Positions 40,055 through 53,287 are shown, numbered from the stretch's first letter. The stretch is 64,000 nucleotides of DNA from Lingula anatina (GCA_051362555.1 CM120645.1:14632001-14696000), one strand, 5' to 3'. The notes: generated by a model from the letters alone, not told the origin. Program-made: numbers and translations.

Positions 40055-40250
40055 AAGGAAGCCTGGTCATTTTGGCCCTGTTGCACACCATAAGCTGTCG
40101 CTCTCACCTCCTAGGGGAGGATTCAGCCCGGCTGCCGTATTAGGCGCTCAGAGCTAGCAAACGTACCATTTCTACACTGCCAGACCAGACACCTGCTTCA
40201 GCCCCTTCGTGCTGGCGGATGCCAAGCTAGGAGACAGCAGGTACCGTTTA
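40055..40250 (-). mobile_element. Probable SINE fragment (also 55300-55495 and partially 41718-41780)
   Basis: GC-richer block resembling the reverse strand of invertebrate tRNA-SINE bodies; recognised by resemblance only. Confidence 0.4.
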
Positions 40251-40702
40251 AATACATAGCATCAATATCATGAAAATGAAAATACGAAGACTACAATGTT
40301 ATTCACATTCATTTCATTTATTTCCATAGGCGGAGCTTTTATGCTTCTCACACGACATGCCCCCCCTCTCTCATCGCAATTAGAAGGGGTAAAACATTAA
40401 GTTTGAATAAGTCTTGGTCGTGTTTAGTTAATTGAACCTGATGTACTAAGCAAAGTTTTTTCATAGCAGCATAAAAATAACTAAAAGATAAATGTTGCCA
40501 ATGAATGTAAAAATATGAGAACTTGTCTGCATAAGGGAGATATGATCTCAACGCCGTGATTAAAAACGGCCTCACATTTCGCATAGCCTGACATCGTGTC
40601 TACGTGAAACCAGTTTCCATCGACCTCACTTGTTTGTATTCGACTGGTGACATTGATGTGTTTTTAGTTTTTTATGTAAACAATGGTGGACCGTTTCATG
40701 GC

Positions 40703-40749
<47 letters not shown>

Positions 40750-43700
40750 AACAGTTTTAGATATGGTACATACATGTAAACATCTATACTGTGTTGATGA
40801 AGGAAAAAAAGAGAAGAATTCCCAGGAATATTAAGTTTTAGCTACCTAAAAGTCCATAAACTTCATAAGTGATTATAAGGATTTTGTGAGTACACGCATA
40901 GCAATGTACACGCATAGCAGGGAATTAATTCTCATTAGAAACACCAAATGGGCGAATAGATGTATTTGGTGAACATTGCAAAAGTCGTTAGAGCTACATT
41001 AAAGATTCAAAATGATAATCATAAATTATAGCAATCCCAATAAAATTTATCTTGCTAAAAATTTATTTACATACCTATTATTGCACGTTTTTTATTACAC
41101 AGCACTGTGAGTGAAGCATGCTTTTTTCTCTCGTGATCGTCAACCCTCCCCAGTACGAGCCCCCAAAACAACTTATAACTTTTTAAGGCTTGCCATTTTA
41201 CGAGGATTCACTGGGAAGAGGGGGGATGGGTGGGTGGGGGTTGGGGGGGGGGCAGAAACGGAAAAAAACGAAATAATAAATATAGTAGGCAGTGAATACA
41301 CTATAAAGGTCATAAAACCATGCATTTCAAAATTAAAAATACGCAGTGAACTTAAACGTTTCATTCTCCAAATAAAGGTAAGATTAGATTAAGCATAGAG
41401 CCAAAATAGATTTACAACATATCAAAACGACAACTTGAAACGAAACCCGAACACTTCAAGATTCAAATCCAGCAAACTATTCCTGTACCAAAATGATGAA
41501 AAGCCATCAACTTTTGAAAAGAACCTCTGATACCTATGGCACAATCTATATCTTTAACAGCACTTATATTCCAACTTTCCTAGAATTACCGAGGACAATC
41601 TTAACCTACAAACTACAGCACTTCAGTCATTTTGTTTGGGAGGGGGGGGGTCTGGGTAATTCATCTCAGAAATTGGACATATGTTGCTATTAAAAAAGAG
41701 ACGTGTGTTATTACTCTACCAGACCCCTGCTTCAATCCCTTCGTGCTGGGTGCCAAGCGGGGAGACAGCAGGTATCGTTTAAATACATAGCATCAATATC
41801 ATGAAAATGAAAATACGAACAGAACAATGCTTGTCACATTCATTTACTTCTAAGGCGGAACTTTTACGCTTCTCACACGACATGTAAGTTAATCCCCTCC
41901 CTCTCTCATCGCAATTAGAAGGGGTAAAACATTAAGTTTGAATAAGTCAAGGTCGTGTATAGTTCAATGAACCTGTTGCGTTGAGCAAAGTTTTTTCATA
42001 GCAGCACAAAAATAACTAAAAAAATATGAGAACTTGTCTGCATAAGGGAGATATGATCTCAGCGCCGTGATTAAAAACGGCCTCACATTTCTCATAACCT
42101 GAAATCCAGTTAATCATAATTACTTCAAGGAAAGGAGTTCAAGGAAATCGTGTCTACGTGAAATCAGTGTGCATCGACATCACCTGTTTGTATTCGACTG
42201 GTGACATTGATGTGCTTTTAGTTTTTTATGTAAACAATGGTGGACCGTTTTATGGAAAAAAAAATTTGTCAACAGTTTTAGATATGGGACATTAACATCT
42301 ATACTGTGTTGATGAAGGAAAAAAAGAGAGGAATTCCCAGGAAAATTAAGTTTTAGCTACATTAAAGTCCATACGCTTCATAAGTGACTATAAGGATTTT
42401 GTGAGTACACGCATAGCAATGCGATTTTCAGGGAATTAATTCTCATTAGAAACACCAAATGGGCGAATAGATGTATTTGGTGAACATTGCAAAAGTCCTA
42501 AGAGCTACATTAACGATTCAAAATGATAATCATAAATTATAGCAATCCCAATAAAATTTACCTTGCTAAAAATTTATTAACATACCTATTATTGAACTTT
42601 TTTATTACACAGCACTGTGAGTGAACCATGCTTTTTCTCTTGAGCTTGTCAACCCTCCCCAGTGCGAGCCCCTAATATAAAACAACTTACTTTTTAAGGC
42701 TTGCCATTTTACATGGCCAGAAATGTGCAGCATTTACGCGATACGCGAGGGCGCAACAGCAGGGCTTCACGTGACTCAACTAACCAATCACAGCACAAGA
42801 ATGGCATCGCACACAGACTCTGTGATAAGTGCTCAGCCCATTGTCAAGTAGTGTTAGTTCATGGTAACAAGCGTCTGATATGTGCAGAGAAGTTCATTAT
42901 TATAATATATATTGTTCTTATTGTTACATTATTAAATCTAACTCTGTATCCAAGTAGTAACTATAATGTACCAAGTCAGGTACTGATGATGTACAGAGGT
43001 CATATATTCCAGAATAAGCCATTACCACTGATTTATAACTTTCATTTTTGTTTAATATGTTATTCATGAAAGAGTTCATGAAAGATTATTTTAATTTGTT
43101 AAATCGTGATCTTATTCTTTTTATATTCAAATAATTGAATACTGTGGGTAAAATTGGTCTTCCACTTCTTATTTGCATTTTTCCTTTACTACAAGATTAT
43201 TTTGGAACAGTTGCATCATTAAAAATTTAAATAAATAGCAATCTGAAAGAAGAATTTTGCATAATTATTAAATGATGATAGGAATTTTGGATTAAGAGAT
43301 TAGTTAAATACTGAGTAGTGATATGGTCAGTCAATTTATGTAGAATCTGATAATATGATTGAAAATACTGATTGAATTCTTGGCCTTGCACCGGGCAGTT
43401 TTACATTTGTGTCAAGTGCTCTTTTTGGACTCCATTGTACAGTGGTAAAAAATCTTCAATTGCCATGAATTTTTTAAATCAGACTCTGTATGTTACTGCT
43501 ATCAGCTGGTGCTATCGGCAACGAATTAATTTCCCTTTGTTTCTGAGTGAATCTACCGTCTAAAATCACTATTACTGAAAATATTTGCGTTTTGCTGAGG
43601 GTAGTCTAGGCAATATACGGCAAACTTCTTAGTACGTGTGTACAACAGATTTTTTTTAAAAACCCTAGCGATATTTGGTCAGGAGTTGCTTGAAGCATAG

Positions 43701-44400
43701 CACAGCGTTGCTGTCCATCGGCATCAGGCCGTTAGTTTGTCAATTCTCACGAATTACCCACGAAACGCGAATCCATTCATTTTCCTATGGCAATCTAGCA
43801 ACTCATTCAAAATGCACGCATGCGCAGTGGGCTAGGCGTGACGTCATGCAGTGCATTTCTGGGGATGACGAGGATTCACTGGGAGAAGGGGGGTGAGTGG
43901 GTGAGGGGGGGGGCAGAAACGGAGAGAAACGGAATGATAAATATAGTTGGCACTTTTAAGTATTAAAATACACTATAAAGATTATAAAATCACGCATTTC
44001 ATAATTGAAAATACGCAGTAATCTTAAACGCAATCCATTCTCTCAATTCAGGTAGGCTTAGATTAAGCATGGAGTCGAAATACATTTACAACATATCAAA
44101 ATGACTTAACTTAACTTAACACTTCAAGATTCAAATCCAGCAAACTATTCCTGTACCAAAATGACGAAAAGCCACCAACTTTTGATAAGAACGTCTGATA
44201 CCTATGGCACAATCTATATCTTTAACAGCACTTATATTCCAACTTTCCTAGAATTACCGAGAACAATCTGAACCTACAAACTACAGCACTTCAGTCATTT
44301 TGTTTGGGAGAGGGGGGGGGGGCGGGTCTGGGTAATTCATCTCAGAAATTGGGCATAAGACTTCTTATGTTGCTATTGAAAAAGAGACGTTTGTTATTAC
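40180..44400. repeat. Internal ~1.5-kb tandem duplication in copy 1 (40180-41717 and 41718-44400, the latter interrupted)
   Basis: Colinear blocks, e.g. CTCATTAGAAACACCAAATGGGCGAATAGATG at ~40931 and ~42442; single copy in segment 2 (~56300). Confidence 0.85.
42712..43867. mobile_element. ~1.15-kb non-autonomous DNA transposon
   Basis: Imperfect TIRs CATGGCCAGAAATG / CATTTCTGGGGATG. Empty site CCATTTTACGAGGATTC at ~41193 and a similar empty site at ~56530. TSD is 1-2 bp and ambiguous. Confidence 0.8.
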
Positions 44401-44873
44401 TCTATTTAAAATTAAGTGTTTACCTATCATATTAAAATATGAAATGTTATTTAATCTGTCTGATGTATTTAGGGACTAACATGCTTATTCGAGTCAATTC
44501 TTCTAGATATAATGGGAATGACAGTATATTTATATCACTTCAATTTTTAATCATTTGAATGGGCGGAGATTTTTCTGTACTCACTAAACCTCATCTCTCT
44601 CTCTCTCTCTCACATACTTTGGAGTGGGTAATTTTGATAACTTGAATAGCTTCTAATCATGATTAAAGTCGCGACGAATCGACTGGAAAGTCTGAGACCT
44701 TGTCGTGTAGATAACATTTAAATACATGTATGTAGTAAGCGACTTCATAATTTATAGCCTGGAATCTGTTTAATAAATTTTCCAAGATGTCGAGCCCAGA
44801 CGAAATTGGAGTGTATGCATCAACCTCAACTGTTTGAGGTGAGTTAATGACTTATGCTGCATCCACAACCAAA

Positions 44874-45325
44874 GAGCGCATTCAGAACAGTTCATCCGTG
44901 GACTAACTGACCATCTCAAAAGCGATGCAATAATTCCCTGATGGTTTCCGCGCCTCCACACGCGTCATTAACGGAATAAATTCTCGACCCCAAGCTTTAA
45001 TATCTAGGCCCCTGCAGCGACGGCGAGTGTGGAGACGGGGAGACCATCAGGGAATTATCAGCATCGCTTTTAAGTGGATCGTCCAAATTTAGTCGGCGGA
45101 TCAGTTTGTCCGCGAATCATCTTTTCTGAATGCGCTCAAAGTTGAGTGGCAGACAAACAAATCCCCGGACCAAATATGGCCGACTCACTTGTTAGCTTAC
45201 CACCAAATCCCCGCGGGGAATCTCTTAAGTCATTAGAAGAATATGCGGCAGGCTATTAAGTGGATCGGCCATATTTGATCTGCGGATCTGTTAGTCCGCG
45301 GATCAACCTGTTCTAAATGCGCCCT
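44874..45325. mobile_element. Foldback/Harbinger-like MITE(s) with long inverted arms; paralogue at ~58001-58390
   Basis: GAGCGCATTCAGAA...AATTCCCTGATGGT / ACCATCAGGGAATT...TTCTGAATGCGCTC, with a second right end TTCTAAATGCGCCC at ~45311-45324. Confidence 0.7.
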
Positions 45326-45568
45326 TAGGTTATGAAATCATTTTTATGTCTGGAACTCCTTGCCATGTTTATTGTCTGTTTTCTGGGAAACGTAGAGCTT
45401 AAAATTTCTCAGAATCCAAACAAAGAAACAGTATTGGATTTGCATTAAAAAAATTAGCTACTCTTCTAAAATTCTTGGAAAGTTCTGCCATGAATGATAT
45501 ATAAGAGAGATGAATTAGCTGGATTGTCATCAATATCGCTAGACGATAGAGATACCCAGCTGAAGATA

Positions 45569-45852
45569 CCCGCACGAAAATGCAGTAGTATCGAAGTAGC
45601 AAAGAAGCATTAACGCAGTAGAGGTGTGGAGCATATTTGCAGTAGAAATGCAGTATAGTCTACTGCAATTCTACTTCAAAAATTACATAGGGTTGTACAG
45701 AGGAGGAGCATTAATGCAGTAGATTAGCAGCATGATAGAAGCATGTTTCAAATATGCTAATTAGCTCCCACTTCGAAGCAGATTTGAAGCATGTTTGCAG
45801 TATGATTGCAGTAGTCTACTGCGCTGGAGTATCTACTTCGTTTTTGTGCGGG
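45569..45852 (+). mobile_element. Complete 284-bp MITE with CCC...GGG termini and TA TSD (CMC/EnSpm-like or related)
   Basis: TA-CCCGCACGAAAA...TTTTTGTGCGGG-TA; empty site GAAGATACCAG in the paralogue at ~58803. Confidence 0.92.
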
Positions 45853-46695
45853 TACCAGCACCAGGCGTTCCTTGTTGAAGGTGAGATGTTTTCATCGTGC
45901 TCACGGTGCTACTACTAAAGATTAGGGGCCTACATTGCGGCATCACATTGTAGCTGCCTATGTTGGCAAAGTTTTATAATTGCTTACCATCTAATTTGAT
46001 ATAGTAACATGGCGTATTTCAAGCCACTGATTCGGCCAATACATCTTTAATAGAGTGTATGGATATACTGATTAAGTTGTGTGGCTTCAAATTCACTTTC
46101 AAGGACTGAACGATGCACTCGTGAAGCGATTAATATTCTAAAACATGAGTTGTTATTTTTGGGGTAAATTTTAATTTTGGTTGGGTTTTCGGAAGTTTTC
46201 CGCTTTTCAACCAATATCAACATAATTGTAGTAATATATTCAACTATCATCATGTTCATGCTGCCATCCCACGTATAGTATCTCTCACTATTACGTGTAT
46301 AACCTTCCGGGTGTGATCTTGCATTTAGGCGTGGCAGATAAAAATGATCGAAATCTAGCTTTATTCAAGTTACTTCCACCTACCCCCAGTATTCTTTTAG
46401 ATTCGCTATGTTTAAGTCCGTTACTATAAGATATTGAAAAAAAAAGATATTAAAAAAAGATATTGAAATTTCAAAAAAAAAAAAAAAAATCTTAGTCAAC
46501 AAAATGGCCATCAATATAGCAGTTTTGGGCTTTTTCTTTTTAATTCTACCGTAAATTGACAAGTAAAATTGACAAGTTTCCATCTCCATTCTAAAAGTTA
46601 CTCGAAAATTAGCAGGTATCATTAATTTTTAACGGTTTTGGTTAGGTGTGCCTTGGTGGTGAACGGATTTGATATTTCTAGGATTTTTTTTTGTT

Positions 46696-46702
46696 TATAA
46701 AA
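46696..46702 (+). promoter_or_regulatory. TATA box of peptide gene 1
   Basis: TATAAAAG upstream of a short non-coding exon (donor 46763, acceptor 46826); conserved at 59651. Confidence 0.7.
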
Positions 46703-46832
46703 GGTCAAATATGCACTGAATAGACGATCAAGATCAATCTTTACCTTTTACAAAACGTTGAGGTAATTTTTCGAGATGTCATTTTATGTTTTTTTTCCTC
46801 ACTCCATTTCTCTCTTCTCCTATCAGTCCACC

Positions 46833-47448
46833 ATGAAGCTGTACCTGCTTATAGGCATTTTAGTGGTCGTCGTGGCTACGGTGGTCCAGGAAGGACAGAG
46901 CTTAAGAAGAAGGCAAGCAATCTTATTTGCTAATTTCATAATCAAAAGCAATTTCTGTGGAAAATTTGGTTTAAAAAAGAAGAAAGAATAAATAGAAATA
47001 TTTCAGATAATTTTACAGTCTTCTTGGTTTGATAAGCATGGGTGGCGTGTCAACTGTTATCATGTTTGCAGATATAATGAACAATATCAGTTTCAATCAA
47101 GCAAAGGCTTAACAGAATAATGAGTGGAGATAATTTAATTTTAAGCATAACCAGAAATGAGATGATCGAATTAATAATGCACAAGTGACACTGCATACCC
47201 TAAAGAATGCTACTCTACCCAAGCTAGTGTGGGAACGAAACATTTATTTTTAAAAAGCCCAATCTGTGTGTTACGTTAGGAAAGGGTGGAGAAATTTTCT
47301 GGATATTTTGACCTCGAAAAATAGAACAGAAAATGAAAATTAAACACTACATTCTATTTCCAGATTCGTCAAAAGGGTGGTCAAGCACTATTGCAAGCAC
47401 AACCCATGGGCTTGCTGGGGCGAGGGTGTTGATGACGTAAGTACACCC

Positions 47449-47499
<51 letters not shown>

Positions 47500-47868
47500 T
47501 GAGAGGAAAAGAGACGGAGCGTGATTCGGAAAATATGGGTGAAAGAGAGCAAAGATGATTTCATAATTTTCAATTAAATGATGAAAATATTAAATTATTT
47601 TAGGAGAATAGCCTGAAGGCCATTTTGAGCGATCTTCAAGCCGGCAAGATGTCGAAGCTTGATGTAAATGGTATGTTTTTGAGAAAAAAAATGCGTTTTT
47701 TCTGCTGACAAAGAGTATTGCAGGTTTAAGGGTAGAATTCTTGTCATTGACTGTCTTTAAATGTGGTATGTGACCGTCCATTATCAAAGTGGCGTGAATG
47801 GTCTTGATGGTTTAATTCTTATTAGAGTTGAATTATCTCAAGGAACACTTGATATGATCACAGGCCAG

Positions 47869-47915
<47 letters not shown>

Positions 47916-48167
47916 AACACACACAAAGTGGCTTCATCAGTCACAAGGTATACCCTAGCTTATCATACAAGTACTTTAAAACTGTTGATCTCTCTTTGCA
48001 ATGATTTTTCCGATAGTTTAAAATTCTTTCAAAATTCTTCCATTTCAGCTCCTGTGAATCAGGACCTCTCATCGGACGCCGAGGAAGCGCAGCTGGACAA
48101 GGAGCAGGACGATATGACCGCAGAGGACCTCGCTGAGCTTGAGGATCTGCTCAGCAATAAGGCTTAA
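46833..48167 (+). CDS. Putative antimicrobial peptide precursor 1, 112 aa; exons 46833-46912, 47364-47436, 47604-47670, 48049-48167
   Basis: Spliced product MKLYLLIGILVVVVATVVQEGQS-LRRRFVKRVVKHYCKHNPWACW-GEGVDDENSLKAILSDLQAGKMSKLDVNAPVNQDLSSDAEEAQLDKEQDDMTAEDLAELEDLLSNKA*. Kozak CCACCATG; phases 2/0/1 are compatible; first coding intron is GC-AG; 3'UTR exon with AATAAA at 48631. Confidence 0.82.
47451..47494. repeat. (GA)n microsatellite, with a complementary (CT)n at 47871-47912
   Basis: Directly visible; shorter versions at ~60408 and ~60814. Confidence 0.95.
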
Positions 48168-48882
48168 ATGGTAATTTGCATTGGAATTGTTATATCGGAC
48201 ATTTCGCTATTTTTCATTATCATCTAACTAAATGTACACACATTGTGCATTGTTTTCATATTTACAAAATTAAGTAATTACTGGCCACTTTGGTTACACC
48301 TAGTCTTTTTTCTTACATTGGGAAGAAATTCAGAAAAAAAAACAGGTGTTAAACAAAAAAATAAAATAGGCAACCATGCAAATTCCATGCAGGGCGGTGG
48401 CAGGGAGGTGGGGGGGGGGGGGGAGGGTGTCTAAACCCAACATTTCCCAAATTGTAAAAATCTGACCTTGTGGTCAATATATCATAATGCTAAAATCAGT
48501 TTATATGTAAACTATCATATTCTTCAGATACAATAACAAGACCAGCGTGTGTTATTCATGAAATTTATTGATATAAATTGACTGATTGAACACTGAAATT
48601 ATTGTCAACCAGCGGCATTTCGACATTGGAAATAAAGCAGATGAATTCACTTTTTGTTTTTTGTTTTTAAAAGAAAACCGATTGATAATTGAACAAGCAT
48701 TACACAGGTATAAAGTAAAATGACATGGACGGAGACAACACGCAGGCATCAGATACGAGACCGCAGTGAAACAATATCTTTTCAGCTGTTGTAACAAAAG
48801 AAAGGGCAAAATGCGGTATACGATTAATTGATATTTAAAGATGACTTTTAAAAAGCGAGTCATACCCCCCCAAAAAAGAAAA

Positions 48883-48889
<7 letters not shown>

Positions 48890-48957
<68 letters not shown>
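48890..48957. repeat. (TA)n microsatellite
   Basis: Directly visible; absent from the paralogous site (~61910). Confidence 0.95.
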
Positions 48958-48958
<1 letters not shown>

Positions 48959-50090
48959 CGAGCCCAACGAAACAATATCACCCTTAAAACCTACCGGTAT
49001 ATAAACATGCACTGCGAAATTGTCCTTGCGTACTATTTCATACTAGCCAGGTAATGGAGTCAGAATCTGTTGTCCTTGTGTACCCCCTCCCCACCCCCTT
49101 CGTAAAATCCTGGTTTCACCAGCGCAGGGTCATCCAGCTTCATTAGTTACAGCATCATATATTTTTCCCCTCGATTTCTAACTGAGAGGATAAAAATGGG
49201 CATTGGACCACATATATTGACTGAAGTAGACAAAAAAAAAAAAAAAAAAAAACATTTGATAAAAATATGAGTTTGCACTGAGGAGTCATGCCTACGTCAC
49301 CAGGTTTAACTTAACATCTCGGTTCTTACTGTATTATTATCAGGATCAGCTGCACATTAATTTAGCTGGAACAGGAGAAAAACCAATCAATCAATCAATC
49401 AAAAAATAAAAAAAAAAGAGAGAGAGATAGTTAATTAAAGAAATAGAAAGATTAATGCAAAAAGAATGTTTAATAAGCATAGTTTGAAACTAGACATTCC
49501 ATTTTCCTGTTTTTTTTTTTAACGAAAATTTAGAACATGAAATTGACTAAAGCAAAGCATATACGTTGTGACAGTGCATACCGTTGCTTGTCGCATCCTG
49601 TGCGTGAGAGCTGACAATTATAACCAATCTAAATAATGGTAAATGCTTAGGTTCATCAGACAGATTTACGCAGAAAAAAAAAAAGAAATGGTAATTGTAT
49701 TCGATATTCCCAGAGATATTTTTGTTTCAATATATCCAGAAGTTTTTTAATGGGTTTAAAAGACTTAACCATCAGGTGCAAACAAAAACAATAAAAGATT
49801 GACACATAATGTTAATTTGTTTTGTAGTTTGTAATTTGCGAAAAGCACACTCTATGCAAATTGCTGAAATATACAAAAACAATAGTAGTTTGTATGTACC
49901 TTATTAAAAGGCAAAAAGTTATTCTAAATGGGGAACGAAGGTTAAGTGAGCTTTAATTTCCGCTTTGTGTAAATGGGTGTCACGATCCTGTATTTGTGCA
50001 CGTGCGTGACCGCTAGCAATAAAAATCCGTTTTCGTAGAAGAGACACTTTCTAGTGGCACAGCTAGTCAAAATCCATCAATTAGCAAGAA

Positions 50091-50163
50091 GGGGATCTAG
50101 CTCAAATGGTAGAGCGCTCGCTTAGCATGTGAGAGGTACTGGGATCAATGCCCAGGTTCTCCA
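50091..50163 (+). tRNA. trnA-AGC: tRNA-Ala(AGC)
   Basis: GGGGATCTAGCTCAAATGGTAGAGCGCTCGCTTAGCATGTGAGAGGTACTGGGATCAATGCCCAGGTTCTCCA folds as a cloverleaf with G3:U70 and one U6-U67 mismatch; TTTT terminator downstream. Confidence 0.9.
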
Positions 50164-50494
50164 GAAATTCTTTTCCAAACAATTGTAAAACTATGTCAAA
50201 AGTTATTATTAAATGGATAAAGTATAGGTACTCCAAAATCCCCCATATGACCGACTCTTTCCTTTTTGTAATGAAGAAGATAAGCGCCATTTAAAACTTG
50301 AATCAGTAGGTGAAAAACTTGAAAGAATCAAGTGTTCTCTGTTACAAAAAAAGTTTGTAGAAATTTGATGAAAATTGTGAAAATGTGTATCTCGACGCTG
50401 TGAATGTGAGTGACATTTAACAATCACAATATGACTTGAACATCACGTAAATGTAAAAAAAATGAACAAATGCAGTTGAGAAAGTGGGTATAAA

Positions 50495-50567
50495 GGGGAT
50501 CTAGCACAAATGGCAGAGCGCTCGCTTGGCATGTGAGAGGTACTGGGATCAATGCACAGGTTCTCCA
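50495..50567 (+). pseudogene. Degenerate tRNA-Ala with anticodon mutated to GGC
   Basis: Four substitutions, in the D stem, D loop, anticodon and T stem. Confidence 0.8.
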
Positions 50568-51896
50568 GAATTTCTTTTCCAAAAAAATTGTAGAACTGTG
50601 TCAAAAGCCATTATTGAACGAAAAAGGAAATGCACTCCAAATCCCCATAATAGATGTCCCTGTCCCTTTTGTAATGAAGAAGATAAGCACCGATTTAACT
50701 TAAATCAGTAGGTGAAAAAAAAATTGAAAAAATTAAACATTTTGATTAAAGCGTTTATCGGTTGGAATTTCCAAGGAAAATATTACATATAGTAATGTTC
50801 TCGATTACAAAAAACAAAATAATTTGTAGAAATTTGATGAAAAGTGTTAGTAAGGTTCTCGATTACATAAAAACAAAACAAAAAATAATTGTAGAAATTT
50901 GATGAAAAGTGTGAAAATGTGTATCTCGACGCTGTGCATGTGAGTGACAATTAACAATCACAATATGTCTTGAACATCACGTAAATGTTAATTTATGTGC
51001 GTTGAGGAAGCACCTTAAAGATGAACAAATACAGTTGAGAAGGTGGGTAGAGCGCTCGCGTAGGATGAAGTATATACATGTATACTCCAAAATTCCCCAT
51101 GAAAATGTCGAAATCATCGAAAACTATTAATAGACCTTAGATACACATAGTTTTACAAGAAGCGGTTTATTTACTGTTAAGTTATAAGAAAGTTGTTTGA
51201 AAACAACTCCTGTTTAACATACCCAGTTCCCCTTTCTTTTAACAACGATTGTGTTATTAGTGCACATCTATCGCATTCATTGAGCAACACAACCCGCATA
51301 ATTTAGACTTCTTTCAACCCCCTCACTCTAAGAATAACTTTTGCATATTTTTCAGACCCACATTCTCGTTGTTCGCCCATTCAGTGCCTTTTTATCGGTT
51401 TTGTTATGTTTCTAAGGTTTCTATTACTCTTTGTTCCAGGGTTTGTTTTAAGCATATTGTTACAGTTTAAGTTTTTTGCTCTTTTTATCCACTGCATTAT
51501 TATATCTCCAAATTCATTTGCGCTATTCGAAGACTGTATCATTAGGTACAGTTATTAAGATTAATTTTGTTGTCTTCAAAACGGTAACATGCTGTATATT
51601 TACAAAAGTGACGGATAAAAAATAAATCAGTAGGTGAAAATATTTGAAAGAATCACACATTTTGATCATAACGTTTTGGAATTTCCAAGAACATTTTTTC
51701 ATAAAGTAAGGGTCTCGATTACAGAAAAGCATAAAAAGATTGCAAAAATTAGACGAAAATTGTGAAAATGTGTATCTCGACGCTGTGTATGTGCGTGACA
51801 ATCACAATATGACTTGAACATCATGTAAATGTAAATGTATGTGCGTTGAGGAACCACTTTAGAGATGAACAAATACAGTTTAGAAAACCGTGTGAA

Positions 51897-51969
51897 AGGG
51901 ATCTAGCTCAAATGGTAGATCGCTCGCTTAGCATGTGAGAGGTACTGGGATCAATGCCCAGGTTCTCCA
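51897..51969 (+). pseudogene. tRNA-Ala(AGC) variant, likely pseudogene
   Basis: G1 to A and a D-stem mismatch (GAGC to GATC). Confidence 0.75.
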
Positions 51970-52375
51970 GAATTACTTTTCCAAAAAATATTGTGAAACT
52001 ATTTCAAAAGTTATTAATGAATGGACGAAGTATACGTTCTCTTAAATTCCCCATATGATCGACTTTTTCCCTTTTGTTATGAAGAACATATGCAACATTT
52101 AAAATTTAAATCACTAGGTTAAAATATTTGAAAGAATCAAACATTTTGATCATAACGTATATCTGTTGGAATTTCCAAGAACAATTTTGCATATAGTAAA
52201 GTTCTCGATTACAGAAAAGCATAAAAAATTACAAAAATATGATGAAAATTGTGGAAATGTGTATCTCGGCGCTGTGCATGTGCGTGACAATTAACAATCA
52301 CAAGATGGCTTGAACATCATGTAAATGTAAATTTAGAAATGAACAAATACAGTTGAGAAAACCTTCTGGTATGAA

Positions 52376-52448
52376 GGGGATCTTGCTCAAATGGTAGAGC
52401 GCTCGCTTAGCATCTGAGAGGTACTGGGATCAATGCCCAGGTTCTCCA
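52376..52448 (+). pseudogene. tRNA-Ala(AGC) variant, likely pseudogene
   Basis: A9 to T and an anticodon-stem G to C change. Confidence 0.72.
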
Positions 52449-52595
52449 GAATTACTTTTCAAAAAAAAAAAAAAAAAAAAAATTGAAACTATGTCAAAAG
52501 TTATTAAATGGATGCAGAACAGGTACTCTAAAATTCCTCCAAATGACCGATCTTTTCCGTTTTGTAATGAGGAAGAAGATAAGCGCTGTTTAAAG

Positions 52596-52642
52596 CTAAA
52601 ATGGTAGAGCGCTTGCTTAGCATGTGAGAGGTACTTGGATCA
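52596..52642 (+). pseudogene. Truncated tRNA-Ala fragment (other remnants at ~51046-51068 and ~63975-63997)
   Basis: Only the D arm to partial T arm remains. Confidence 0.75.
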
Positions 52643-52724
52643 TCATGTAAATGTAAATGTATGTGCGTTGAGGAACCACTTTAGAGATGAACAAATACAG
52701 TTAAGAAAACTTTGCAGGTACGAA

Positions 52725-52797
52725 GGGGATCTAGCTCAAATGGTAGAGCGCTCGCTAAGCATGTGAGAGGTACTGGGGTCAATGCCCAGGTTCTCCA
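52725..52797 (+). pseudogene. tRNA-Ala(AGC) variant
   Basis: Invariant U33 changed to A; first T-loop base A changed to G. Confidence 0.7.
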
Positions 52798-53214
52798 GAA
52801 TTTCTTTTCCAAATAATTGTAAAACTATGTCAAAAGTTATTATTGAATGGATGTAGTAAAGGTAAGCCACAATTCCCCCATATGACTCATTCTTTCCCTT
52901 TTGTAATGAGGAAGAAGATAAGCGCAATTTAAAACTTGAATCAGTTCGTGAAAATAATTTGAAAGAATCAAACATTTTGATCATAGTGTTTATCTGTTGG
53001 AATTTGTAAGGAAAACTGCATATAGTAAGATTCTGGAAAAACAAAAACAAAAAAAAAAATGTAGAAATTTGATGAAAATGTGTATCTCGACGCTGTGCAT
53101 GTGCGTGACAATTAATAATCACAATATGTCTGGAACATCACGTAAATGTAAATTTATGTGCGTTGTGGAACCACTTTAAAGATGAACAAATACAATTGAC
53201 AAAGCTGGTATGAA

Positions 53215-53287
53215 GGGGATCTAGCTCAAATGGTAGAGCGCTCGCTTAGCATGTGAGAGGTACTGGGATCAATGCCCAGGTTCTCCA
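53215..53287 (+). tRNA. trnA-AGC: tRNA-Ala(AGC)
   Basis: Identical to the 50091 copy. Confidence 0.9.

Noticed and set aside
45215-45224. NF-kB-like site GGGGAATCTC upstream of peptide gene 1
   Set aside because: Imperfect match, inside a transposon remnant, and not conserved in the paralogue.
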